46,179 bases of DNA from a virus (lineage: Duplodnaviria; Caudoviricetes), in the IMG/VR virus record IMGVR_UViG_3300030376_001764, positions 1 to 46,179 of that record; one strand, given 5' to 3'. Under the pieces are notes generated by a model. The model was not told the origin of the DNA, searched no databases, and saw only the letters and a list, made by a program, of their open reading frames with translations. Shown piece by piece: positions 15,498 through 23,900 of this stretch. Each line of letters begins with the position of its first letter. Position 1 is the stretch's first letter. A program made the position numbers and the translations under genes.

Positions 15498-15624
15498 ATT
15501 AAATTTATTTGCATATAAAGAAAAATCAAAAGTGCGTAGACCAGGTGTTCACGCTAAAACAAAACATAGTAATAATAAACAAAGTAAAAATTATGTCAAA
15601 CAATACAGGGGACAAGGTCGATAA
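15490..15624 (+). CDS. Small basic protein ending YRGQGR (44 aa, not in track)
   Basis: MAKLNLFAYKEKSKVRRPGVHAKTKHSNNKQSKNYVKQYRGQGR. Confidence 0.65.
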   Translation: MAKLNLFAYKEKSKVRRPGVHAKTKHSNNKQSKNYVKQYRGQGR

Positions 15625-15754
15625 GACTTGGTCATTATCATTTGGGTTTTACCCAGGTATATTATTCGGTATGAGAACATACGAAGAACCTAAACAAACA
15701 GCGTATGTATTTTACTTGCCATTTTTCGATGTGGCATATGAAGTGTTTAAATAA
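15593..15754 (+). CDS. Small aromatic-rich protein (53 aa)
   Basis: WSLSFGFYPGILFGMRTY...YLPFFDV; TAATG coupling to nrdB. Confidence 0.6.
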   Translation: MSNNTGDKVDKTWSLSFGFYPGILFGMRTYEEPKQTAYVFYLPFFDVAYEVFK

Positions 15755-16713
15755 TGGGATTGTTTAATGAGCGCATAGCGTACAAACCGTTTGAGTACCC
15801 TGAGTATTATACTGAAGGTTGGTTAAAGCAAGCGCAGGCATTTTGGTTACATACTGAAATACCTATGCAAGGCGACATTAAAGATTGGAAAGAAAAATTA
15901 AATGATAAAGAAAAGAATCTGGTTGGAAACATACTACTCGGTTTTGCACAGACAGAGTGTGCCGTTTCAGACTACTGGACCCAGAAGGTCGTGTCGTGGT
16001 TTCCTAAACACGAGATACAGCAGATGGCAATGATGTTTGGTTCGCAAGAAACAATACATGCTGTCGCTTATAGTTATTTAAATGAAACATTAGGTCTTGA
16101 AGATTATGAAGCTTTTTTACACGAGCCAGCGACTGCTGGAAGGTTTGACAATCTGGTTAGTTATAGCGGCACCGATCCTATTGGTATTGGTAAGTCTCTT
16201 GCTGTCTTTAGTGCTTTTGCTGAAGGGGTTAGTTTATACTCTGCGTTTGCTGTGCTCTATAGTTTTCAATTAAGAAACTTACTGAAAGGTATAGGACAAC
16301 AGATGAAATGGAGTGTAAGAGATGAATCATTACATAGTAAAATGGGTTGCAAACTGTTTCGTGATATGTGTAATGAAACACCTAGTTTATTACAGGATTG
16401 TCAAGAGGATATATTAGAAGCTGCTAAGACTATGGTAGAGTTAGAAGAAAAATATATTGACAAGATGTTTGAGATGGGTGATATAGAAAATTTAAAGGCA
16501 TCTAATCTTAAGGAGTTTATAAGAAAAAGAACAAATGAAAAACTACAAGAACTTGGCTACCGAGCCTTCTTTGAAGTCAACACTAAAGCGGCTGATAACC
16601 TTGATTGGTTTTATCATCTTACCGGTGGTCATACTCATACAGATTTCTTTGCTATTCGTCCAACTGATTACTCAAAGGCTAACGAAGGCGAAGACTTCGA
16701 AGATATTTGGTAG
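15754..16713 (+). CDS. nrdB: Class I ribonucleotide reductase beta subunit
   Basis: YKPFEYP, FW..E, QETIHAVAY (radical Tyr), AEGVSLYSAF, RDESLH, C-terminal TDFF...Y. Confidence 0.95.
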   Translation: MGLFNERIAYKPFEYPEYYTEGWLKQAQAFWLHTEIPMQGDIKDWKEKLNDKEKNLVGNILLGFAQTECAVSDYWTQKVVSWFPKHEIQQMAMMFGSQETIHAVAYSYLNETLGLEDYEAFLHEPATAGRFDNLVSYSGTDPIGIGKSLAVFSAFAEGVSLYSAFAVLYSFQLRNLLKGIGQQMKWSVRDESLHSKMGCKLFRDMCNETPSLLQDCQEDILEAAKTMVELEEKYIDKMFEMGDIENLKASNLKEFIRKRTNEKLQELGYRAFFEVNTKAADNLDWFYHLTGGHTHTDFFAIRPTDYSKANEGEDFEDIW

Positions 16714-16736
16714 ACTACTAGACAAAGAAGATATCG

Positions 16737-17300
16737 ATGATATATATTAAAGACGACTTTTTACCATTACCTCTTTATAAAGAACTCGTAAACTTTTGCG
16801 ATGAGTTTAAAGAAGTAAAAACTCCAGGCAAATCTTTTTGGGTTAAAGAACTTCCATCAGAACTAACGCATTACATAGAAAGATCTTTAGAAAAGTTAGA
16901 AAATAGAGATGTTAAAAGTATATTGTGCTTTGCTAGAGAGGCTAAGCAAGGTCAAGACAATAAGTGGCGTATACATAATGATACTATAATAGAAGAACAA
17001 CAACCAGACAGAGCGATAGTATTATATGTGAAAGCCAATGAAGATAAATTAAACGGCACAGCTTTTTGGGAACATGAAAACTATGGTCATACTTACAACG
17101 AATCAAGTCCAGAAGAATTTAATCGCATGCTTACTGAAGACGCAAATAATAAATCTAAATGGAAATTAAATTCAGTTATAGGTTATAAAGATAACAGATT
17201 ATTATCTTATCCTTGTAATTATTTTCATAGTAAATATCCTAATGAATATAAAGATCAACGTATAGTTGTAGTAATGTTTTATAAATATGAAAGAGAGTAA
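16737..17300 (+). CDS. 2OG-Fe(II) dioxygenase superfamily protein
   Basis: IHND (HxD)...AIVLYV...GTAFW...NRLLSY...FHS...R. Confidence 0.75.
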   Translation: MIYIKDDFLPLPLYKELVNFCDEFKEVKTPGKSFWVKELPSELTHYIERSLEKLENRDVKSILCFAREAKQGQDNKWRIHNDTIIEEQQPDRAIVLYVKANEDKLNGTAFWEHENYGHTYNESSPEEFNRMLTEDANNKSKWKLNSVIGYKDNRLLSYPCNYFHSKYPNEYKDQRIVVVMFYKYERE

Positions 17301-17514
17301 ATTAATTGAAATGCAAAAAAAGATAGAGTCTCTTGGTAGAATAGTTGAGTTGTTACTTGGCGAAATATCAGCGATGAAAACTTTATCTTATGGCACACAT
17401 GAAACTTTAAAATTAATACCAGGCTATGAACAAGCTATCGAGCAAATTAAAGAGAAAGTGGCTGAAGAGCCTAGTGATGGAGCGTCGTCTGACACCGACG
17501 GAAAGACTAGCTAA
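17287..17514 (+). CDS. Hypothetical protein (75 aa)
   Basis: ORF track. Confidence 0.6.
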   Translation: MKESKLIEMQKKIESLGRIVELLLGEISAMKTLSYGTHETLKLIPGYEQAIEQIKEKVAEEPSDGASSDTDGKTS

Positions 17515-17704
17515 TAGATTAGGTTATATGGGGACTGGTTTTTTTGTGACTGCTCCTCATATGTTACCTGATACACCAGGTGTAGTAATATATTTTTTAG
17601 CTGGTTTGTTTTGTACGCCACAGGTTTGGGTTGCAAAGCAATGGAACTTAGTAATAGTAAACTTAAATGTAATGATAGCCTACGCGCTACTATTTTTTAA
17701 ATGA
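17477..17704 (+). CDS. Small multi-pass membrane protein (75 aa)
   Basis: Three hydrophobic segments; PQVWVAKQWNLV; start moved from 17426. Confidence 0.6.
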   Translation: MERRLTPTERLANRLGYMGTGFFVTAPHMLPDTPGVVIYFLAGLFCTPQVWVAKQWNLVIVNLNVMIAYALLFFK

Positions 17705-19470
17705 TGTGGAATAATGAATGGAAAAAAGGTGTCGACTATCCTGCTTGGGGAGACACTGATGTATATAAAAAGACTATAGCAGGAGGTTACTTATTACCAT
17801 GGGAAACACCACGTGACGCTTACATGCGTGTAGCTAGTACAATTGCTAAGCGTTTGTATAAGCCAGAACTGACAGATACTTTCTTTGATTATATATGGAA
17901 AGGTTGGTTGTGCTTAGCTTCACCAGTATTATCTAATACAGGCACTGATCGTGGTCTACCTATTAGTTGTTTTGGTATTGATGTTGGAGATAGTATAAAC
18001 GATATTGGTACAAAAAATTTAGAGATGATGTTGCTCGCAAAGCACGGCGGCGGAGTTGGCATTGGTATAAATATGATTAGACCCGCCGGCGCAACAATAA
18101 CAGGCAATGGAACATCAGACGGAGTCGTACCCTTCTGCAAGATATACGATTCAACAATACTTGCTACAAATCAAGGATCAGTTAGACGCGGAGCTGCTAG
18201 CGTCAATATCAACATTGAGCACGACGATTTTGACGAGTGGCTTGAAATACGAGAACCTAAAGGCGATGTCAACAGACAATCGCTTAACTTACATCAATGC
18301 GCAGTTGTTGGTGACAAGTTTATGCGTCGTCTTGAACAAGGCGATGCGGAAGCTAGAAGCAGATGGAGTAAATTACTTAGAAAGCGAAAGTCAACTGGAG
18401 AACCGTATATATTGTTTAAAGGAAATACTAACAAAGCAAATCCAGCAGCTTACAAAGACAACGCTTTAAAAGTACATATGACTAATATCTGTAGTGAGAT
18501 TGTATTGCATACAGATGAGTCACATAGTTTTGTTTGTTGCTTAAGTAGTTTAAACCTTACTAAATATGAAGAGTGGAAAAATACAAACCTTATACACGAT
18601 GCTATATGGTTTCTTGATGGAGTGTTGGAGGAGTTTATTCAAAAAGCTAAGGGGCTTAAAGGTTTTGGAAACTCTGTACGGTTTGCTGAGAAAGGCAGAG
18701 CACTTGGCTTGGGAGTCCTTGGTTGGCATACGTACTTGCAGCAAAACGGTATACCCTTTGAAGGATTACAAGCACAGTTCCAAACAAGACGTATATTTAG
18801 CCAAATTAAAATTGAATCTGAACGAGCGTCAAGAGCATTGGCTGAGGTTTATGGTGAATCTCTTTGGTGTCGTGGCACTGGCTTTCGTAACACTCATCTT
18901 AGGGCTGTTGCTCCTACTGTCAGTAATAGTAAGCTTGCCGGTAATGTTAGTCCTGGCATTGAGCCTTGGGCCGCTAATGTTTTCACTGAACAAAGCGCGA
19001 AGGGTACGTTCATTAGGAAAAACAAAGAACTAGAAAAAGTATTACGTAAAGCTAGTATTAATACAAAAGAAACATGGGATAAAATCATGGCTGACGGTGG
19101 AAGTGTTCAAGATATTAAAGAGCTAGATGATTGGGGCTATGTTAACAGTAGGCTAGTACGTTTGTCTGAACATGAATCGTTAGATCTAACAGGCTTTGAT
19201 AAAGTTAAAGATGTATTTAAAACCTTTAAAGAAATAAATCAATTAGAGCTTGTAAATCAAGCTGGCATACGTCAGCAGTACATAGATCAAGCTGTAAGTT
19301 TAAACTTAGCTTTTCCTTCTGAAGCTACGCCAAAGTGGATTAATCAGGTTCACATGGATGCTTGGAAGAAAGGTATCAAGACATTGTATTACATGCGCAC
19401 TGAGTCGGTGCTGCGAGGAGATATTGCTCAACAAGCTATGGATCCAGACTGCGCCGCGTGTGACGGATAA
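17701..19470 (+). CDS. nrdA: Class I ribonucleotide reductase alpha subunit (no ATP cone)
   Basis: LASPVLSN, ISCF, GGGVG, QGSVRRGA, TNICSEI, APTVSNS, KTLYY, C-terminal CAACDG. Confidence 0.95.
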   Translation: MMWNNEWKKGVDYPAWGDTDVYKKTIAGGYLLPWETPRDAYMRVASTIAKRLYKPELTDTFFDYIWKGWLCLASPVLSNTGTDRGLPISCFGIDVGDSINDIGTKNLEMMLLAKHGGGVGIGINMIRPAGATITGNGTSDGVVPFCKIYDSTILATNQGSVRRGAASVNINIEHDDFDEWLEIREPKGDVNRQSLNLHQCAVVGDKFMRRLEQGDAEARSRWSKLLRKRKSTGEPYILFKGNTNKANPAAYKDNALKVHMTNICSEIVLHTDESHSFVCCLSSLNLTKYEEWKNTNLIHDAIWFLDGVLEEFIQKAKGLKGFGNSVRFAEKGRALGLGVLGWHTYLQQNGIPFEGLQAQFQTRRIFSQIKIESERASRALAEVYGESLWCRGTGFRNTHLRAVAPTVSNSKLAGNVSPGIEPWAANVFTEQSAKGTFIRKNKELEKVLRKASINTKETWDKIMADGGSVQDIKELDDWGYVNSRLVRLSEHESLDLTGFDKVKDVFKTFKEINQLELVNQAGIRQQYIDQAVSLNLAFPSEATPKWINQVHMDAWKKGIKTLYYMRTESVLRGDIAQQAMDPDCAACDG

Positions 19471-19507
19471 AAAAAAAGGGCTCTCTTTCGAGGGCCCTTT
19501 CTTTATT
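19469..19507. terminator. Bidirectional intrinsic terminator between the convergent blocks
   Basis: A-run, AAAGGGCTCTC-TTTC-GAGGGCCCTTT, then CTTTATT. Confidence 0.85.
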
Positions 19508-19535
19508 AGGAACTGTTGGGTATGGTACGCCCATT

Positions 19536-19901
19536 TTATTTTGTTCCTATTTTATTTTTAAATATAAAGTTTTCACCTGACACAGCAAGCTTGTCAATCA
19601 CTTCAGTCTGTGTTTCTCTAAGTAGCTTTTCAAGTTTATCTTTTTCTACAACCATGCCAGCTACTTTATCTTCTAACGCCTCGTTCCTTGCTTTTAAAGA
19701 CTCTAACTCTTCAGGATTCTTACCTATGAAAGTGTATATGACGACTGATAAACTTCCGACGAGCATACCTACAATCACTTTAAATATATCGTTATTTGTC
19801 TCTGGTATTTCTTTAAAAGCTAGAAACAATAACAAACCCATTACCATAGCAAACACTGTTGCTGCGCCTACATACCCTCTTAACTCTTTATTCTTAAACA
19901 T
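19536..19901 (-). CDS. Two-TM protein with coiled-coil tail (holin/spanin-like lysis protein)
   Basis: Two hydrophobic helices; adjacent to the endolysin. Confidence 0.55.
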   Translation of the reverse strand: MFKNKELRGYVGAATVFAMVMGLLLFLAFKEIPETNNDIFKVIVGMLVGSLSVVIYTFIGKNPEELESLKARNEALEDKVAGMVVEKDKLEKLLRETQTEVIDKLAVSGENFIFKNKIGTK

Positions 19902-19910
19902 ATTTATTAT

Positions 19911-20264
19911 TTAATAAGTCCAAATAACATTTGGAGCTTTGTCCGTATCAATATCTATGTGTATAAAATTCTTGGCAATACCAATTCTATTTATACCGTG
20001 TTTTAAAAATAATTCAATAAGATTAAATCTTTCTCTACTCTCGCTGCAAGCTATATCTACAGCTAAACCTTTTAAATGAGATGATGCAGGTTTTCCTCCA
20101 ACCTTCTCATTGTGAGCTTCAGTGCGGTAACCGGAGTTAACATGTATAGGTTTGCCGTACTCATCACGTATCATATCAAGCTTGCTAAGCATTTCTTTAC
20201 TCATCATCTGCCCGCTACCTTGTATGTCAGGCGAATCAAACTCTTCATATTCAAAATACTTCAT
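19911..20264 (-). CDS. Peptidase M15 family endolysin
   Basis: SGYRT..HN..VGG...SSHLKGLAVDI...FIHID (H-x6-D...H zinc ligands). Confidence 0.88.
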   Translation of the reverse strand: MKYFEYEEFDSPDIQGSGQMMSKEMLSKLDMIRDEYGKPIHVNSGYRTEAHNEKVGGKPASSHLKGLAVDIACSESRERFNLIELFLKHGINRIGIAKNFIHIDIDTDKAPNVIWTY

Positions 20265-20266
20265 AA

Positions 20267-20671
20267 CTATTTTCCACAGGGTTCTCCTGTTGCTACGTTA
20301 ATCCAATTTTCTTTTTCAAACCAGTCACGCAACGTTGCTCCTTTTTTACGAGCACCTTTTACGTTTGACTTGCTAGATCTTTTATATTTACCTTTTGCAG
20401 CTGCATTGCGTTTAGCTGCAACTACTTTTTTCTTTTCAGACGCGCTCATTGACTTTACTTTAGCAGCAGGTAAACATACCTTACTAGTACCACCACCTTT
20501 TACTTTGCTCTTTTTTTCAAGTGGAGATGTTCTAAGTTCTTCAGCTTTTTTTAAAGCAACTTTGTTACCAGTGCCAACACCATAGTTAGCAACGCGCTGC
20601 CTCATTTTATTCGCCTCGTCTCCGTGTAGTGCTGTAGCCCAACAATGAGCTAATGGACTTTTATTACTCAT
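20267..20671 (-). CDS. Lys-rich basic protein
   Basis: VCLPAAKVKSMS...LRDWFEKENWINVATGEPCGK. Confidence 0.7.
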   Translation of the reverse strand: MSNKSPLAHCWATALHGDEANKMRQRVANYGVGTGNKVALKKAEELRTSPLEKKSKVKGGGTSKVCLPAAKVKSMSASEKKKVVAAKRNAAAKGKYKRSSKSNVKGARKKGATLRDWFEKENWINVATGEPCGK

Positions 20672-20808
20672 TTCTTTTTCTTTTTACCCATCTTACTAGG
20701 TCCACCAGCCTTAGTACATCTTACTCCCCAACCAGAGGCGTAAGCGCTAGGCCATACTTCAAATTTCTTTTTTGCTGCAGCTTTGCAGGGTCCACTAATT
20801 TTTCCCAT
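20668..20808 (-). CDS. Small basic protein with WPSAYAS motif (46 aa, not in track)
   Basis: MGKISGPCKAAAKKKFEVWPSAYASGWGVRCTKAGGPSKMGKKKKK; ATGA overlap. Confidence 0.7.
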   Translation of the reverse strand: MGKISGPCKAAAKKKFEVWPSAYASGWGVRCTKAGGPSKMGKKKKK

Positions 20809-20962
20809 GACTTTGTTTTTTAAGATCTATCCATTTACTAATCGTATAACCAATAGTTACAATCAATAAAAATATTTTTAACCCCATTTCTATATTTGTA
20901 AAAGTTGTTACGCCTAACGTTGATCCGTTGATTGCATATAGTTTTAGTTGTTGTAAATCCAT
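20795..20962 (-). CDS. Small holin-like membrane protein (55 aa, not in track)
   Basis: MDLQQLKLYAINGSTLGVTTFTNIEMGLKIFLLIVTIGYTISKWIDLKKQSHGKN; in the lysis cluster. Confidence 0.6.
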   Translation of the reverse strand: MDLQQLKLYAINGSTLGVTTFTNIEMGLKIFLLIVTIGYTISKWIDLKKQSHGKN

Positions 20963-20966
20963 TTGA

Positions 20967-23900
20967 CTATTTTTTTACTTTTCGTTTTTTTACTTTACGC
21001 TTTTTAACTTTTCTTTTCTGTGGTTTCTTTTTTTCTTCATCAATACCTATTTCCCAGTCTTGCCAACCACCAAGTAACGCTAATCTTTCCCATGTTTCAA
21101 GCTCACTATCAGACGCTTTCATAAGGTTGTTTATTTTCTTAACACCTCTGTCTATAGGTATGTTAGTTGTAGCTGATACTACATTACCAACAGCCAAATA
21201 AGCTGGATTGTCTAATCCCCAGCCACCGTTAATCATTTCGTCTTTATCCCACTTAAATGATCTTGCAGCTTGATTTATTTTAGATAATTTAGAAGATATA
21301 GGTGGGGCTATTCTTTGCAAGTCAGCACCAACCTTTTCATAGTTAGGATTATCTTTTTGTGACTCTTTAACTATACGCATTATAGCATTTTTAGTTACCG
21401 ACATGACACCACCAGCCACTCCTGTGCCTCTTAATAGAGAGTCAGCCATGCCATTAGCTATACTAATATACTTATCTTTTTTCTCTTCATCTTCTGGTTC
21501 TTCATCATCAAAAGCAAAAGCAAACAATGCTTGTTGTAACGCGTTAAACAATAAGTTCTGTACAGTAGAGTAATAAACTATTTTACTTATATTTGTTTTC
21601 CTATCACCTCTATTGTTTTTAAGATCACGTACTGACTTGTCTATTATTCTAGCATACTGTGACGGTGTGTTTTGGAAAGCTAATATTAATCTACCTAGCG
21701 GACCTGCTTGTTGCATTGATATGCGGTCTGGTCTAGCAGACTGCTGCGACTCTTCAGCGTTCTCTCTAAAATCATCAAACGCTTGAGTCTCAGCTTCAGA
21801 TTGAGACATTCCTTGTTTCATTAGAGATTTTATCCTGTTTCTATAAAACGTAGCACCGCCCGAAGCAATAGCAAAACTATCAGCAATTTGTGTAGGTGCA
21901 AAACCTAATTGTAATAATTTACTTATTACAGCTCTTGGTCCACCTTTCTTAGCCATGTCGGCAATGTCTGCTTCGTTTACATTCATACGTAATCCAGATC
22001 TTCTAGCTTTCAAGAAGTCAGAGTTTATTAATGTAGCAAAGTCTGACCAGTATTGTTTTTGATTTGCAAAAGCTTTAGCAGCAGCAAGCGGGTTATTGTC
22101 TGTGAAGTTTAAAAAGTTTACAGAAGATATTGTTTGTAGCAACGCTGACCTAGAGTTAAAGAACATGATAGCACCAATACTACCTTGCAACCAATCTGTA
22201 AATCTACCTGTTAAACTGTCATCAGAGAATCTTCTGTTACGACCAGTCTTCATACGATCTAACATATTCTCTATAGCTACACGGTATTTTTTACCGTACG
22301 CGGCTTGTAGCTTATTCATATTTTTTTCAGAGAATATAACATCAACATTGTTTTGCCATTGAGTTAAATACTTAGCTCTAACACCTGTATTTATACTTTC
22401 CTGTATGTCAGTTGTTATCGTACCAGCTGGCCAACCTTCTCTAGGTTTAGTGTATTCACCTTTTTGTATAGCAATTACTTGATCAGCAAACACTTGAAGA
22501 TCAGCGTTGTCAGCAACGTGCTCACTTAAATCTTTTAGATCTTGCTTGCTAATACCAGGAACATCATAACCTAGTTTGTTCCAAATATAAACACGCACAG
22601 CTTGCTCGCGGCTGTATGGTTCACCAGGTATTTTCTTACGTAGGTTTTTAGGTACAAAGCCTAATTGTTTTTTCAAAGCTCTGTAGTCCTGCATAACGCT
22701 AAGTCTAGCATTATCAATATCATTAACAGCTCTAGCATAAGGATCTATTAAATGTTTCTTGTACCAAGCCATTTGTGAATCACCAAGTTTACCTTTGCTT
22801 AGTGTTTCATATAACAAACCTACAAAGTCTTGAGCTGAGTATGGTATACCTCTAAACACTCTACCAAGTGACGCTCCAGCTACCTCTGCTTTTACTTTCT
22901 TGTATTCTTTTTCCGATGCAATGCCAGTTGTTTGTTCTAGTATATCGTTAAAACCTTTATCTAAAGCTTCTGACTTACTGTGTTTAACATATGCCTGTCT
23001 TACTTTTGATTTAACATCTAATACATTAAGAGCGTCTTGCACTGCTTTAACATTTTTATAAGCATCATCTGCAAAATAAAAATCATTATAACCCTCTGCA
23101 GCTTTACCTACAACCCAACGTGCTTTAGCTTCAGGTGTACTGTTACCTAATCCTACAATATTCCCAAGTGGTATATCTAGACCTATTGCTTTTAAAAACT
23201 GATGTATAGGTTCTGCAGCTGCCTGTGTTCTAGCCGTAAGAATAAATACATTATTGTTACCAAACTTTCTATTACGAGCTACGGCCTTTTCAAACATAGG
23301 ACCTTTAGCCCCTTTAGTAACTTTTTCAAACTCACTAAAATCAAACTCAGCACCTTGATCTAACAGATCTTCACCTTGTTTAGCAAACTGCTCTGCGTTT
23401 AAAACACCTTCAGTCCCGTCTGGCATAGTGTATAGTACATTAGATTTAGTTGTAGCAAGCGTGTCGTCAAAGTCCCATACGCTTATACCTTTGTTGGGCG
23501 CGTCAGCGTTACGTGAAAATCTAATTGCTTGATCTGATATAGACATAACAGCTATAGCTTCTTGCACTGGACTACCAGGAACTTGAGCCATAACTTCAAA
23601 CTGCTGGTCAGGATCAAGAGCTTCGTATGCTGTTAGTCTACCTGCCTTAACTATATCTAAGTCTGCTATTGCAGGAAACATTTGTTTAGTGACAACGTCA
23701 ACCATGCCAAACTGATCAAATGTACCTGGGTCTTCTAATCTAACACCAGGCGGTAGTTTTTTATTGTTTGATTTAGATGCCTTTAATATACTAGGAGCTA
23801 ACTTGGAAAACTCTTGTAGTTGTTGTTTAGCTTGTTGCGGCGTAATGTAACCTATTAGTTGCTGATATATAAGCTTACCTTGCTCATTAACTACAGCTTT

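Noticed and set aside
15754-19470. Introns or inteins in nrdA/nrdB
   Set aside because: Both are uninterrupted and compact, with no intein or homing-endonuclease motifs.
23460-23474. DFDDT as the DxDxD catalytic motif of a crAss-like virion RNA polymerase
   Set aside because: It is DxDxT and is followed by HAD motifs II-IV (LTAR, K, FADD); no RNAP context is visible.
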